Counted from the stretch's first letter, positions 26,504 through 41,569 are shown. The stretch: DNA of 64,000 nucleotides from Chrysomallon squamiferum (GCA_012295275.1 CM022667.1:10726001-10790000), one strand, 5' to 3'. The notes: a model not told the origin generated them from the sequence alone. Numbers and translations are program-made.

Positions 26504-26889
26504 CGGTTGTACGTTTTTTTTTTTTGAGTACGTGTAACAAATGAATATGGCTATTTGGTTTATTTATTTGTTTGTTTGTTTGAATAAGTATGTATATATG
26601 TGTGTATTTATGCATGTAAGTATGTTTTTGCTTATTCAGTTTTTGTAAATCAGGAATAATAATAATAATAATAGTAAGAAGAAGAAGAAGAACAACAACA
26701 ACAACAAGAATGACAGAAAGAAAGAAAGAAGGAAAGAAAGAAAGAATAGAAAATAATGTTTGATTTTCCTTTCATTTTCTGATGATAGCAATGATCAAAA
26801 TATATCCGAGTTTTCAATAGTTGAAATAAAAAAAAAAAAAAAAAAAACCGTAACAATGATAATCATAATAAAAGAGACAACAACATCAC

Positions 26890-26913
26890 AATCATAATAA
26901 TAATAATAATAAT

Positions 26914-26973
<60 letters not shown>

Positions 26974-26995
26974 AATAATAATAATAATAATAAGA

Positions 26996-27044
<49 letters not shown>

Positions 27045-27145
27045 GAAATAACAAGAACAATAATAAGTAGTAGCCATAATGGGTAGTAGTAACGGTAGTA
27101 GTAGTAGTAGTAGTATCAGTAGTAGTAGTAGTAGTAGTAGTAGCA
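26890..27145. repeat. Compound trinucleotide microsatellite (AAT)n-(AAC)n-(AAT)n-(AGT)n
   Basis: Direct reading. Confidence 0.95.
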
Positions 27146-27901
27146 GTAATAGTGATAAAAAAAAATTATAAAAAAACCCTTAAAGAACAGCAACAACAAC
27201 AACAACAATAATAATTGTTATGAATATTTATAGATTAAAAAACACTCACATCCCTTGATTATAATATAATTTAAAAAGAAATAAAAAATTTATTTATTTA
27301 TTTATTTATAATTATCATTATTATTAACATTATTATCATCACTATCATTATCATTATTAACATCATTATCATTATTAACATTATTATTATTATTATTTAT
27401 TATTATTATTATTTATTTTATTTATTATTATTTATTATTATTTTATTTATTTTTATTTATTTATTTATTTATTTTCATTTAAAAAGAACAATAATTAAAG
27501 AAACAAAAAAAAAAAAAAAAAACGAACAACCAACAACAACAAAAAAAAAAGTCTACAAGAAAAATGCTCACTGAAATAAGCCCCTATCGCTGACATATCT
27601 GTCTGATGCGATACGTCTGGAAGCGAGTATACTTTGTAGCAGCAAATCGAGATGACAGGGCGCTCCCTTCCTCGTAAGTACAAGCTCGCTAACTAGCGAT
27701 AAGGGAGAAACCGACGTAAAATGTGAACCCCCTTGAAATAAACGAGCATTTACAAACAGCAACAGCGCGCGTTTAATTTTCTATTTATCTTATAACACGT
27801 AACAGATTCGTATTTAAATCTGTGTTTATCTCGCAAGACGTAGCAAGTGCTCCGACAGATACACAAATTTGTTTATTGGAGGAATTTAAAAAAAGAAAAC
27901 G

Positions 27902-27940
<39 letters not shown>

Positions 27941-28529
27941 GAAAATTATTATTATTATGTGAAAATTACTGCTGCTTTTGGGGACGTATTTACAGCTTTT
28001 CTGAATTATTTAGGAAAAACAGAAGATAAATGGAAGGAAGATATAAGAGAATAATAATAATAATAAAATAATAATAATACTAAGAAAGGAAAGAAAATTG
28101 ACGTCTGCCGATAACGATCTGGATATTGTACACTGTGTTTTAAAACATTGTTACGCTGCGGAGAGTCACGTAGACTGACCCTGCGTGGTTGTTTTGATAA
28201 ACATTAATTTCATGTGACCTGTACTTACTTACCTCTACTGCATACTTGATTACTCTCGTTACAAAGAACAAAAAAAAAAAAAAAAAAAAAAAAACGTTAT
28301 ATCATATTAAAACGACGTTTATTTAAGACAAGGACAGCAGCAGAAAATAATTTGATTGCTTCCGATCATGAACTTCATCATCATAATCATCGTCGTTGTA
28401 GACATTTCCATTATTATTCAGACCAGGCAACAACCACAACAACAACAACGACAATAATGATGATGATGATGATAATGATGATATACATGTACATATTAGT
28501 GCACAAATATATATACATATATATATATT

Positions 28530-28560
<31 letters not shown>

Positions 28561-28580
28561 ATACACACATCCATATACAA

Positions 28581-28618
<38 letters not shown>

Positions 28619-29405
28619 TTTTTTTTAAATCAGTGTATTCTTATCTTTAAAACTGGTCACCTATTTTGTTTGAAGGTCTGTGAACCACAACAAAAAGAAC
28701 GAAAAGAAAAGATAAAAAAAAAAACGTATATCTATCTATTTCTAGCTGGTGCGTTATTTATATATCACGTTTTTGTTATTGCAAAAACATATTTTGGCTT
28801 TGTTTGTCGAGTGCAGCGATACATCAGTTTAAAGGTGAGGTGTATTTAATATCAACCGTTGCAACGTTTTTATTCCGTCTCTGACATTTTACAATCAAAT
28901 ATTGTAGGTCCGCGTCGCTCGTTTGCGGCTTATCTCGTTCATCAGGCCGACCGATGAGAAACATTAATGCCTGCTGGCTTCTATCATCGACAGATATGCG
29001 ATTTTTTTTTCTTCTTTCAAGATTATCTATTGAAAGGGTATCATAATATTGCTGTTGGTGAAACTTTATCCATTGGCAAACACGGGCCAGGACTCAACAA
29101 AGGAAAGAAAACTGTTTTTTAAATTTCATCTGTCATGACGCGATGAAACATTTGGCGGGTATTTTAAGAAAGCATTTACATTAATTCTTGAGATGGAGAC
29201 TTTGAAAAGATACTTCTGCTATTAGGAAATAGCAGGAATCGTCTAAGCGATTTCGATACCGGAATAAAGGTCACGTGACACCGCTGGATAAGCACAATTA
29301 ATATTTCGGGTTATCAGGGTCGGTGCCAGATTTGTACGGAGGGAGTAAATTGCTCCTACTGCTTTGATTATTAGTTTTGCTTTTTTAAATAGCAGTAGTA
29401 GTAGC

Positions 29406-29437
<32 letters not shown>

Positions 29438-29595
29438 AAGTAGTAGTAGTAGTAGTAGTAATAGTAGTAGTAGTAGTAGTGGTACTGACATTAATAACAA
29501 ATGATGATAGCACTAGTAATAGAAGTATGATATTGTAGAACTAGTAATTTAAGAGTTGATTTTTTTTTTATTTTTTTATTTTTTTTTTTTTTAGG

Positions 29596-29627
<32 letters not shown>

Positions 29628-30017
29628 TTTTATATAAAACATAAAAAGATCATTTATGCTTATACCTCTGTACATTATTTATTCCAATGTACAAAATGAC
29701 TGCACGGGATTTCTCTATCAAGATTAAAAAGAGAGAAAAAGAAAAAACATTGAAGTTTATTTCTTGCTCGCTGGCAGTACACAGAGGTCGCCCTCTCCTT
29801 TTCTGTAAACATTTCAACTGCGTCTCTGTTAACGGTTTAATTTTTCTGTGCAACATTAAATATAATGAAATGTGTTTGTATGGCTGCTGCCAGTTAACAC
29901 ACGAAAACGAAATCGGTTTGTCGATGCAGGTGGAGTGGATAGAACTGGTTTTAAATTTAATTATTAATTTATGAGGTTGTCTTTTTATTTATTTATTTAT
30001 ATTTATTTATTTAATAT

Positions 30018-30072
<55 letters not shown>

Positions 30073-30479
30073 TATTTGTGTTTTTAATTATTTAATTTAT
30101 GTTTGTTATATTAATTTTATAACAGATTTTATATAAATCTATGTATATATGTGTCTATATGTATAGTGGGAGAGAGGCAGAGAGATATAGAAAGAGAGAG
30201 AAAGAGATATACAACGAACTGAAAAAGAAATTGAATAGATATAATAGCAGTCACAGTCGCAGAATAAAAAAGAGGTGAAAAAAAAATGTAAGATACCAAA
30301 AAAAAAAGAAACAAATCCGACCCGCCTGCCCCAAAACAGAGAGAAAAAAATAATAATAAAAAAAATAATAAATAAAATAAAGAAAGAAAAAGGGAAGAAA
30401 CACACACACACACAAAAAAACAACAACAAAAAAACAAGAAAATAAAATTAAAAAACAACGACAAAAAACAAAAAACAGG

Positions 30480-31200
30480 GTCATAATTAACCTCTCCCAT
30501 TTCAGTCATTGGATCATCCCTTACGTCTTCTTTTTCCCTAACTGCCTTTCTCTCCTTACACTCTCTCTCTCTCTCTCTCTTTGCCTGCACTCCCCCCCCC
30601 GAAGCTAATTACTAAGTCAGCTTCAACGGCCAACTTTCGAGTTGCCAAATTAAAACATGTCGCAACTGTCATACAGCCTTCCGTTCGAAAACAAGAGAAC
30701 GCGCTGGCTTCTGAAATGATTTGAAATAATCATTTTGTGCGGCCGCCTTTCCTTTCACAATAATGGCGCCTTCCACCGCTCTCCCGTTAGCGGTGCATTA
30801 AACGATCGTGATTCCCGAACAGGAAACGGAGTTTGCCGATCTCTTTGACACGGGAACAGAAGATACAAAAATATGAATAAACGAAACAAACACTGGAGCC
30901 GTCCCCGGCGCGTGCTTTTTTGGCGGACGAACCCGACCGGAGATTTGAAGCGTTTGTGTTGACCCACTGTGGCAAAGCGGAGGATTCGCCCGTTTCTGAA
31001 TGTATTTCATGGATTCATTTCCCTTCGCCATGATGACCAATAGAGCAGCGGTCTTGTTGGCGAATTTCGCAGCCGAAATTACTGTTTGCATATCAAACAC
31101 GAATTAATCTGGCTGGGTTGTCTTGTCTAATAACTCATCTTCAAAAATGACCATAACATGGGAGCTGCTCTTTTCATCTGGGGCCTGGAGTAGGTTGTCG
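30480..31200. promoter_or_regulatory. CpG-rich non-coding island (candidate enhancer)
   Basis: GC/CpG-rich complex sequence including GCGGCCGC, CTAATTA, CTGTCA and TTTGCATA. Its ORFs are not protein-like. Confidence 0.4.
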
Positions 31201-31684
31201 GTTTTAAAATGTGGAGAAGAAGAAGAAGAAGAAGAAGAAGAAGAAGAAGAAATGAATAGGGAGGAGGAAGAATCATGAACTTAAAGAATGCATAAAAAAG
31301 AAGAACATAAACAAGAAGAAAAGACAGAAAGAAAGAAGAAACGAAAGAGAAATAAAATAGAACGAATAAGTTTATTTTCTTCTGTTTAAAACAATATATT
31401 AATTCCTTTCTGTCTAAAACTGTATATTCATTTTCACATGCAGACTGTTTCTACTGTTTATTTTATCATGTTTATTTTTGTTTCGAGCTTAATCATTCAA
31501 ACATAAGCATTAACGCGTCACGTAACTTCCATCAGTCAACGCGATACTTTTTAATATATATCTATATAGATATAAAATGATATACGCTTTCTCAGGAATC
31601 ATATCCACTGTATTACCAACTTAAATATACGTTTACGTGGTAAATTTTAACTAGAAATTAAACAGTCTATTAGAAATAGAGTGC

Positions 31685-32190
31685 AGAGACGTCAGTATTT
31701 GACTTTTCGTAACCTAAAATCGATTGCTTAATGTCTGCTTACAAGAATCTCACACGTGAATCGTCAGTACTGGACTTTTCCAGTACATAACGTCTACAGG
31801 TTAACACTAGAAGTCAAGTATTGACGTTTTACGTGCCATACGTTTGACATCGCAGACGTTAAGTTATTCACGATATGTTTTTATTAGGCGTTAAGAAATC
31901 AGATATTGACGTTTTACGTTTAATTCACGATATATGTTTTAAATAGACGTTAAGAAATCGACGTTAGGTATTGAAAGTCAAGTACTGACGTTTAACGTGC
32001 CATACGCTTAACACCACAGACGTTAAGTTATTCGCGATATGTCTTAAACAGACGTAAAAAAAAAAATCCACGTCAGATACTAAGCAGTCAAGTACTGACG
32101 TTTTACGCGTTATTATTTGTTCTAACCAGACGTTAATCAAAGCCACTACTAGAGATCAAGAACTGCGACGTTTCAGACGTGAAAACTCTT
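31685..32190. repeat. Degenerate ACGT-rich tandem repeat (about 90-160 bp units)
   Basis: AGTCAAGTAYTGACGTTTWACG starts at about 31812, 31976 and 32086. Segments 31811-31900 and 31975-32069 align over about 90 bp. About 20 ACGT tetramers in 500 bp. Confidence 0.8.
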
Positions 32191-32777
32191 AAGACGCAAG
32201 GCGTCGCGCGCAACACGTGCCAAGCGACAGAGAGTCAAACTGTGCGCGGTTAAACTCGGCTCCACTATATCGCGCCAATCCGTCAAAGGTAGTTGACATA
32301 TCGCATGACGGAGGCCATCAGAGAATCTACTACATTAACCGCGCTGCGCATAATTAACGTGGATATTAATGTATCGAATGTGATTTCCAGCGAAACACGC
32401 CGTGTCTGGAAGCCAATACTGTATTAAAATGGCACATGAACTATAATTCTTTTTCGTGATTCAGAACTTTCGCCGCCCTCTATGGTTTCGGGTGTGCGGG
32501 TCCGCGGAGGAACTGCCAGAGCGTCGCAATTTGCCAGGAAGCCTCATCACGTCGAATTCCTTATAGTTTTGAGAATATATTGTATTAGCTTTAAATCTTT
32601 TTTTTTTTTTTTTTTTTTTTTGTTGGTTATTTCATTTATGAAAGGAATGGATGGTGATGATGATGATGAAGAAAGAAAGAAAGAAAGAAAAAAAAGATAA
32701 TGAGAATTGAAAATAATTGTGGCAGTAGTCCTATGGTAGAAATAATAGTAGTAGAGTCAACAATAGTAGTAGTAGTG

Positions 32778-32818
<41 letters not shown>

Positions 32819-35199
32819 GGTGGTGGTGGTAGTAGTAGTAGTAGAAAGCGAAGCTCTAAAGTAGTGATATGATTAATTCTATTGGTAACAGTGGCAATAG
32901 TAATAAGTGTTGTAGCAGTAATAGTAGAAGTAGTAGTAGTAGTAGTAGAAGCATCAGCAAACGTTATAGTTTTTTATTATTATTATTATTATTGTTGTTG
33001 TTGTTGTTACTGTTTCTACTGATGCTGCTCCTGTTGCTGCTGCTGTTGATGTTGTCGTTGTTACTGTTATTCCTGTTGTTGCTCCTGCTGCTGTTTTTTA
33101 TTATTTTCTTTACTAGCCAGTTCTACGAAATACTCCACAAAACACACCCATTCGTTTTATTTTATTATTTTTTTTTTTTTTTTTCACCCCTTCTTTTTCC
33201 AAGCCCTAGAACCGTCCTGGATTATGGATGTTTTTGTCAAAAAGAAGAAAAATAAGTACTATTCTGTACGACGACTGCAGAAATTGAATGACAGCTACAC
33301 ACGCTAATGCTCACTCGAGTATCCGGTATTTATATCGGAATTTTTTTTCTCTTTATTTTTTTTTCCCATTGGAAACCCATCAACATTTTAAAATCTTAAT
33401 GGTTTAATCGGAGGCGTATATATATATGATTGTATATTAACGGTCCACAGTTTTAGCACAGTCTCTATAGCAAATTGATGGTAATTTAGTTTAGCGTACG
33501 AAAGATAAATTCGTATTGTAGTAATGGTTATCGCTTATTCAACGTAATAATGCAGGAATGGTGTCCTCCTGTATCAATAATTGTTACTGCTTTATAACGG
33601 TTAAATGAAATGTTAAATTCGTTTTCTGATAATCGTTTATTACAGATGGTAAATTCGTTTGAGTAATAGTAATATTTATCGCGTGACGTACTAATGATGA
33701 ATTAAATAAATGAATGAATAAATGGATGAATGAATAAAAAAATAAAATAAATAAATAAAATAAGTGAAAAAAAATAAAAAAAATAAAAATAAACGTTTAT
33801 TAATCATGCTGATAGCCCAAAAACGTTACTATTATTAATTTAATGGAAGTTTCTAAATTAATAATAGTAACGTAAAGAAATGGTAAATTCCTATACTAAT
33901 AATTATAAGGTCTTGACTAGATTCCGATGAACAGTCATAATTATAGTAATAATGGTCCCAGCTTATCACGTACTGCACTATACAAATATGTAATACATGC
34001 TTTCCCATCTAAGAGTAGGTACATATAAATAATCGCTTTCTGCTACACGAAAAAAAGACTGGAATAACAGCAACGTGTTTCTTCTCTTTCATATCTCATC
34101 ATTGTTAGAAGTTAAGAATAAAGACACATCGAAAATGCCCGTTAATATTAAAATGCGTTAAGTTACCGTTAAAACGAAATCAATCATTTCACTGTTTTAC
34201 TGAAATTTGACCGATTTATTTAAATCCGTCTTTTTCGAAATGCAATTTCATTATCTGGAATACAACAACAACTACTACTACTAATAATAATTGACTTCTG
34301 AATTTATTGCGATATTTTATATATTTAATTAATTTTATTTCTGGTTAGATGGAATTATTTATTGATTCGTTCGTTGTCCATGGCTTAAGAATATTTTTGA
34401 ATTTACATCATGATTGATTGATTATCGATTAACTTAAAGAGAATCAGCCATTAACGTCAGCCATAAAAAAATAAAATAAAAAAGGAAAATAAAAAAAGAA
34501 CTGACTGAATTAGTTTTATTTTGTTCGTGTTGGACTTTCTTATTGGTCCTGTTGATGTTGATATCGTCATCGTTGTTGTTGTTGTTGTCGTTGTTGTTTT
34601 TTCTTCTTCTTCTCTTTAGCATCAAAATTATTTTAACCATCACCGCCACCATCACCATAATTATCATTTCGTTTTTATCATCATCTTCAGCGTTATCATC
34701 ACCATCATCATCATCATCACCGTCAGTACCATCAACATAATCATAACATCATCGTAATGAAAAGCACAGCAGTATCATTATTATCATTCTCATCATCACC
34801 AATATCTTTATATATATGGTGATTATGATGATGATGGTGATGAATCTTTTTTCTTCTGTTTCTTTTTATATCGAGATTATCAAAAGTATTGTTTTATTCT
34901 GGTATATTTCAGAGAATGTAAGACATGAAACTTATAAATAATACAATATGGCGGTTGGGTGAAGTTAGGAGATGTGACAAATAAGGTTAATTCCTTTATC
35001 ATTAATTAATGTTAAAGCGGGTTTCCACTCTTGCGTAATTTACACAGATTACACGAATAATTATAAAATAAAACAAACAAAATTAGTGAAAAATAATAAT
35101 AATAAAACATTAATCAGATACATATAAGGAAAAACAAAAAAAAACAAAAAGAAAAGAAAAGAAAAGAAAGATTACAACCGAACTCCAAAAAAAAAAAAA

Positions 35200-35640
35200 G
35201 AAATCATCGCTCCCAAAACGGGCCCCTTCCTTCATATCTGGTCATCCCGTAGTGGCGACAGGTATCAATCAACCAATCAACTCATCTCAATGTAGATAGG
35301 TTCATCTGCATAGATTAGCGTTCGCTTGTTGACATAAAGCCTGTTATCCGGGGCACTCGAGCGCACACGGCAACACCGCCAATCACTGAGCAATCTCCAC
35401 ACGACAACGTTCGCTCTCGCTGGTCTCACGCCGGAGTTTGTAATTGAGTTAGTTCCATATGAATATGAAAATAATTTCGCGCGCTGCGGGCAGGCGGCAG
35501 TTTTTTTTTTTTCGATTTGCGGGGCGCGACGGAGTTTGACGGACGCATGTCGTACAAGTACGTCGCTGGTCGGAAGCGATAGTTTTGTTTGTTTCTTCGT
35601 AAAACGCAGATTGACTGTGTCAGCTTGCAGACGGTTGTGT
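35200..35640. promoter_or_regulatory. CpG-rich non-coding island (candidate regulatory element)
   Basis: CG-dense complex sequence with ATCAATCAACCAATCA, GCCAATCA and TAATTG, flanked by A-rich repeats. Confidence 0.35.
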
Positions 35641-35886
35641 AGGAAGAAAAAAGAAAGAAAAAACGGTGGTGGGGGAGGTTCTGAAAAAAAAGAAGAAAAA
35701 AAAGAAGACTAATTTTGAAATAAAGCGATGAAATATATATGAAAGAAGAAGAAGAAGGATAGAAAAGAAATAATTCACAAAGAGGCAGAATGAAAGACAA
35801 ACACCAGAGGTCATAAAAACATACATACATATATACTTACATATATATATATATACTTACACACACACACACATATACATACATAC

Positions 35887-36065
<179 letters not shown>

Positions 36066-36519
36066 TAATCAGTAGGCTGAAAGACTGGTACCAGAGAAGC
36101 AAACAAAAACGTGTATATGGAACAAAAACAGGGTTCAAAAACGTCCATTCGTCTGTTTGTGTATCTGTCCCACGATTGGTATTATATAACAAGAGATTAT
36201 AGTTAATCATAAGCAATTTATATATTATATACAAAAAGCAAAATTAATGAGGTGAAAAAAAAAAAACAAGGATACAATGATTATAATGAAAGAAAACAAA
36301 GAAGAAGAAGATGATAAACGAAAATAAAAAGAGAAAATGAAATGATGATGATGAAAAATGAAAATGAAATGATGATGCTGACGAAGACGACAACGTCGAA
36401 GAAAAAAGATGACAAAAAAAGAGAACAGATATCAGAAATGAAAAAAAGAAGAAGAAGAAGAAGAAGAAAATTACACAACGATGACAGAACAACGCCCTAG
36501 ATACAGAAGAAAAAAAAAA

Positions 36520-37140
36520 ACACCTCTACATTTCGTTATCACACTAATCTGGTTATTAACTTCGATCTCAATCGGAGACAGTTCTGACCATCTATCTCGT
36601 CTTTCCATTTCCCACGTTTTTCCTACGCGATCATATCTGGCGCAAAAGTCTTCGGAGACGATAACTGCACAAAAGTTTTTATCAAGAAAATTCGCCCATT
36701 ATTAATGGATGACAACGACGGAGGCAAAATCAATTGGAATATAATCAGAGAAAAACATAATTAAAGTAGACAGGGTGGCACGTGCGGGCTGCGATGCGCC
36801 CTTCGCGTGTCAGAGCACAACAAAAATTAATACGAAGAATAAAAAGATACGTGTGTAATGATATTTCCTCCCTCGGGAAGAACGCACCGCTGTTCCGAGG
36901 ATTTTGACGTATCTGTAATGCTCTTTGCTTTACAATGTGCAGCGGGAGTTTGCCATACGCGGAGGGGTAAGGTAAGGCGAGGCGGGGGTGGGAGGGTGGG
37001 TGTGGGGGGTTAATGACCCAGGGTTTTGATATGATTAGTATCCCGTCATGATGATTTGATGACGTGTAAATTTCCTATTTATTAGCCACCGTCAGAATTT
37101 CCGTGTGATTAGAAACTTGCTAGCGGAATTTCGGTGAAAT
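36520..37140. promoter_or_regulatory. CpG-rich island with CSL/Su(H)-type site, GGCACGTGC E-box and G-quadruplex motif
   Basis: TTTCCCACG at about 36608, GGCACGTGC at about 36777, and G5-T-G3-A-G3-T-G3-TGT-G6 at 36984-37009. Confidence 0.4.
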
Positions 37141-37610
37141 ATGAAATATTTATCTGGTGGAGTTGTATTTTTGGGGTTTTGGATGATGTGCTATTTTTGT
37201 TTTGAAACTTATGAAACTTTAAGGGCCAATAAAACTAATTAATAAAAGAATATATTTGTGTGTGAGTGCGTGAGAGTCTGTGTGTGTGTGTGTGTGTGCG
37301 TATGTGTATATATATATGGTTACTGGGTTGTCATGTTAGGGGTTCGAACTTCATACCTTTCTGACACAATATCGCAGCCAAAGACTTCTATAACAGTATA
37401 GAGATGCTAAAAGTACAATTACCTTTTGTAGTCTTTCTCTCTGTTTATCCTTTATCTACAATTTAACATCACCAACCAAATAAATAAATAAAGAAAAAAA
37501 GAAAGAGACACATAAAGAAAGAAAGAAAGAAAGAAAGAATAAAAAAAAAAAAAAATGTAACAGAAATCTTATAATTAACATAAAAAATAAAAAAAAAATA
37601 TATATACTGT

Positions 37611-37689
37611 CACCCTAGAGGATCGATCCACGGTTCCATCACGCTTCAAGCTAAAGAAAATAATAAACAAGCCTCAGTCGGCTACGTCT
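37611..37689 (-). mobile_element. Degenerate SINE tRNA-like 5' head
   Basis: The minus strand reads GACGTAGCCGACTGA...GCTTGAAGCGTGATGGAACCGTGGATCGATCCTC (A-box-like and B-box-like GGATCGATCC), similar to the head at 20581. Confidence 0.45.
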
Positions 37690-38821
37690 AAATATGAAAC
37701 GAATGTTGCCAATAAGCGCGAGCATTTTGTGTCTCAGATTTTTTTGAATATCTCGTTATTTTGACTCCCAGACTTGAAAAGTATTTCCTTTGATTTATTG
37801 CTTCCAGTGCCTCTGACGGTTCCGTGTTCGTTCTATCGACTTCTTGTAAATGTAATTTATCAAAAATCTCATATTTGTAGTCGCGGGGTAGTGAAAAAAC
37901 CCGCGCGCTGCATACTAACATGTCGAAATCGTCTCTCATGAAAAGACCAGTGTCACCAGATAGGAAGACATTTTCTAATGGAATTTACCTCCGCTGAAGA
38001 CAGGAAAAATCTTCATTTAAAACTGATATACCGTTGACAGACTTAGTTAGGTTAAAGGTTTTTTCTTTTTCTATGTATTTTAAAAAAAAAAAAAAAAAAA
38101 AAAAATTTCTTGACGATGATTATATTTTTAGATCTTTATTACTTTGTTTCTATATTTAGTTGTTCATTATTGTTATTATTATTATTATCAATTTTATTAT
38201 TATTATTACTACTACTACTACTACTACTGTTATTATTATTATTATTACTATTATTACTATCATTATTTCATTTTCTTTCTTTCTTTTGTTCGTTCCTTCT
38301 TTGAGTGATTCATTCATTCATCCATTCTAGGTTTCACATTTGTTTCTTTTTCTTTCTATCCTTCTTTCATCTCAAATCTATGCATTAGTTACCCAAGTCT
38401 TCTTTTTATTTATTTACTATTAATCGTTCCTTCCTTCCTCCTTTTATTTTTTATTTTTCTATCTGTATTATATGCTTTCATTGCGATAATTTCTCCTTCT
38501 TTCTCTCTTTTTTTCTTTTATTGTTTCTTTCTTTCTCTTTTACATAATCTCTTTCTCTCACCAACATTTTTTTATATTTTTTTCATTAAAAAACAGTTTC
38601 CCGCCAGTTTGTTAGCCATGTTTTCGCGCCATCACTAATGGCAACGCGTGTGCTCATGGTGCTATTATGATTACTTACTATGAAACTAATTTCGCTTTGC
38701 AAATAAAATATTTAACAGGATGCAGATGATATGAAATAAAGTCGTTAATTTTTAATCGAAAAGACGAACTGAGAAAACATATTCTGTCATTTTTAGCTTT
38801 TTAATTTATATTTATTTATAT

Positions 38822-38852
<31 letters not shown>

Positions 38853-39042
38853 TTAATATTTATTTATTTTTCATTTACTGATTATCTGCTTTTTGGTTAT
38901 AAAAAGATCAAAACAAAATTCTTGACAAAATAATTATCCTATCACGGAACGTATATACGAATTACTGAATAAGTAAAAGAAACATATTAAAAGAATATAA
39001 AATTATTTATAAAATTTATTTCCAGAGAAACATAATTATGAT

Positions 39043-39056
39043 ATTGCTATGGTAAC
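39043..39056. promoter_or_regulatory. RFX X-box-like motif
   Basis: ATTGCTATGGTAAC versus X-box consensus GTTNCCATGGNAAC. Confidence 0.3.
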
Positions 39057-39415
39057 AAAGTGGATAAAGCATCACATAGTAGGTCATTTCTGAATCATCC
39101 AGTCGGAAGAATATTTGCCTTTTCTGCTACTACTGCTACGGCAGCAATAACAGCAACTGCTACTATTATTATAACTACCACAACAACAATCACTCATGTT
39201 CATAAAATTATTATTACCCCTGATTCTACTATTATTACTCCTTCTACTTTTGCTACTACTATTACTACTACTTCTACTACTACCATTTCCATTACTATTG
39301 CCACCGCTACAACCTCTACAACAACAACTACTACAACTACTATTAGCACCATTACCGCCATCATCACTGTTGTTGCTGCTACTGCTACTACCATTGTGAC
39401 TACTACTCCTCCTAC

Positions 39416-39446
<31 letters not shown>

Positions 39447-40749
39447 TTATGATTTTTATTATTTTTAAAATTTAAAAAGGTTCACACATTAAAGAGCCGC
39501 AGCTTATTCAAATCGCTTGTAAATATTATTTTCAATTTCGTTATCTTCACTGGGAGGCGCTTGCCAAAAAAAAAAAAAAAAAAAAAAAACCTAACCCCTA
39601 TCATATCTGATCTCATTTCTCTTTCTTTTTCTTTTTCTTTTTCTTTCTTCTTTCTTTTCTTCTTCTTCTTCTTTTTTTTTTTTTTTTTTTTTTTTGAGCC
39701 TATCATTTTTATCTCATTCGTTTGACTCTTGGGAAATTCATTTCAAAAGATGGCATGTTCACTTCGAACTGTTTAAAACTGAAATCATTCAATATTTTTC
39801 GTGTCAGATTCTCGGTATGCCCAGCACATTAATCACACGTCACTCGTTGGTTGGAAAAGCCTTCAGGAATGACATTCGAGATGAAATGGTGTTTTTCAAA
39901 GAATAATTTCTCGTTATTGAAAAGCTTCCACTTACATCAGGATTTCATTTTATAAAAGTCATTTTTGGCTGGCAATAAAATCGAAGTATAATTTCTTTTT
40001 TTTTTTTTTTTTTTTTTTAAAAGATAAAATAAATAAATAAATAATAATAAAAAAAAGTTAATAAACGAAAATGTAAAAAAAAAGTTTTTGAAAGTTTTGT
40101 AAGTAATTATTTTAAATGACGGTATTTCGCAAAAGTGTAGTCATAATAATAATGATAATAATAATAATAATACAAGAAGAAGAAGAAAAAAAAGAAGAAG
40201 CAGAAGAAGAAAAATAAATAAGAAAATAATAATAAAAATCAAATCTATAAAACTGTGGACAAACCCCCCCCAAAAAAAAACCCCAGAAAAACAGAATAAA
40301 AAAAAATAAAATAAAAAATAAAAAATAAAAAATTCGGAAGACATTGTTATAATTACGTAATAAAACAAAACAAAACAAAACAAAACAAACAAACAAAAGC
40401 ACCCCTCCCTTCAGAACGAAAACAGATTAAAAAATTAAAAACTGAACGAAAGATAAAATAAATAATAATGAAACAAACATAACTCGGATCGCTTACGAAG
40501 CGCCGGCTGTGTCTCGCCAAATGATATTTTTATGTCAATTTCACAGAGTCACGTGGGACGTGAAACAGAGTTAACGTCTTCAGTACAACTGTCTGACTGC
40601 TCGACGTATTAATATTTGTCATAACACAGGAGCGGGTCCAGAGGGAGGGGGGATAGAGGTTACGTTTTTTAGTTTTTCATTTTATCTATCATCAGTTCTA
40701 TCTCTGACTGTTTTGGTTTTTTTGTCTGTCGTTCTGCACATCCTGTCTG

Positions 40750-40763
40750 TGTATGTATGTATG

Positions 40764-40797
<34 letters not shown>

Positions 40798-41140
40798 TGT
40801 ATGTATGTATGTATGTATGTGTATATGTATGTTTGTATGTATGTATGTAGGTAGGTAGGTTTGTGTGTATGTATGTATATGCATGTATGTATGTATATTT
40901 GTATGTATGTACGTATATATGTATGTATGTTTGTATGTATGTTTGTATGTATGTATGTATGTATGTATGTCTGTATGTATATATGTATGTATGTATGTAT
41001 GTACCTATGTATGTATGTATGCTTGTATATATATGTATGTAGGTGTGTGTTTTGATGTATGCATATATAAAGCCTACATGTATGTTTGTATGTATGTATG
41101 TATGTATGTACGTATGTACGTAAGTATGTTTGTATGTACA
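40750..41140. repeat. Degenerate (TATG)n microsatellite
   Basis: Direct reading. Confidence 0.95.
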
Positions 41141-41395
41141 TAATCATCATAATTTTTCTTCTTCTTTTAAACTATCTCTTTATTAACATCTTAAACCAGT
41201 AATAACAAAAATAAAAATAAAAAAAAAAAAAAAAGATCCTTCATCCCTAATTTATTAATCATTTTCATTTTATTTATCAATAAATCACTTTCCCTATCTT
41301 CCAATCAGTCAATCTTTAGCCCTTCAAATTACGACCATAAAACCGAACCGTAAAAACAATGTCACGAAAACCCATAAACCCCTTCACCACACACA

Positions 41396-41498
<103 letters not shown>

Positions 41499-41569
41499 GT
41501 GTGTGTGTGTGTGGTCTCTTTATTGAGTACAACATAAAAAAAAGAAGAAGAAAAATGTCAGCTCTTATT

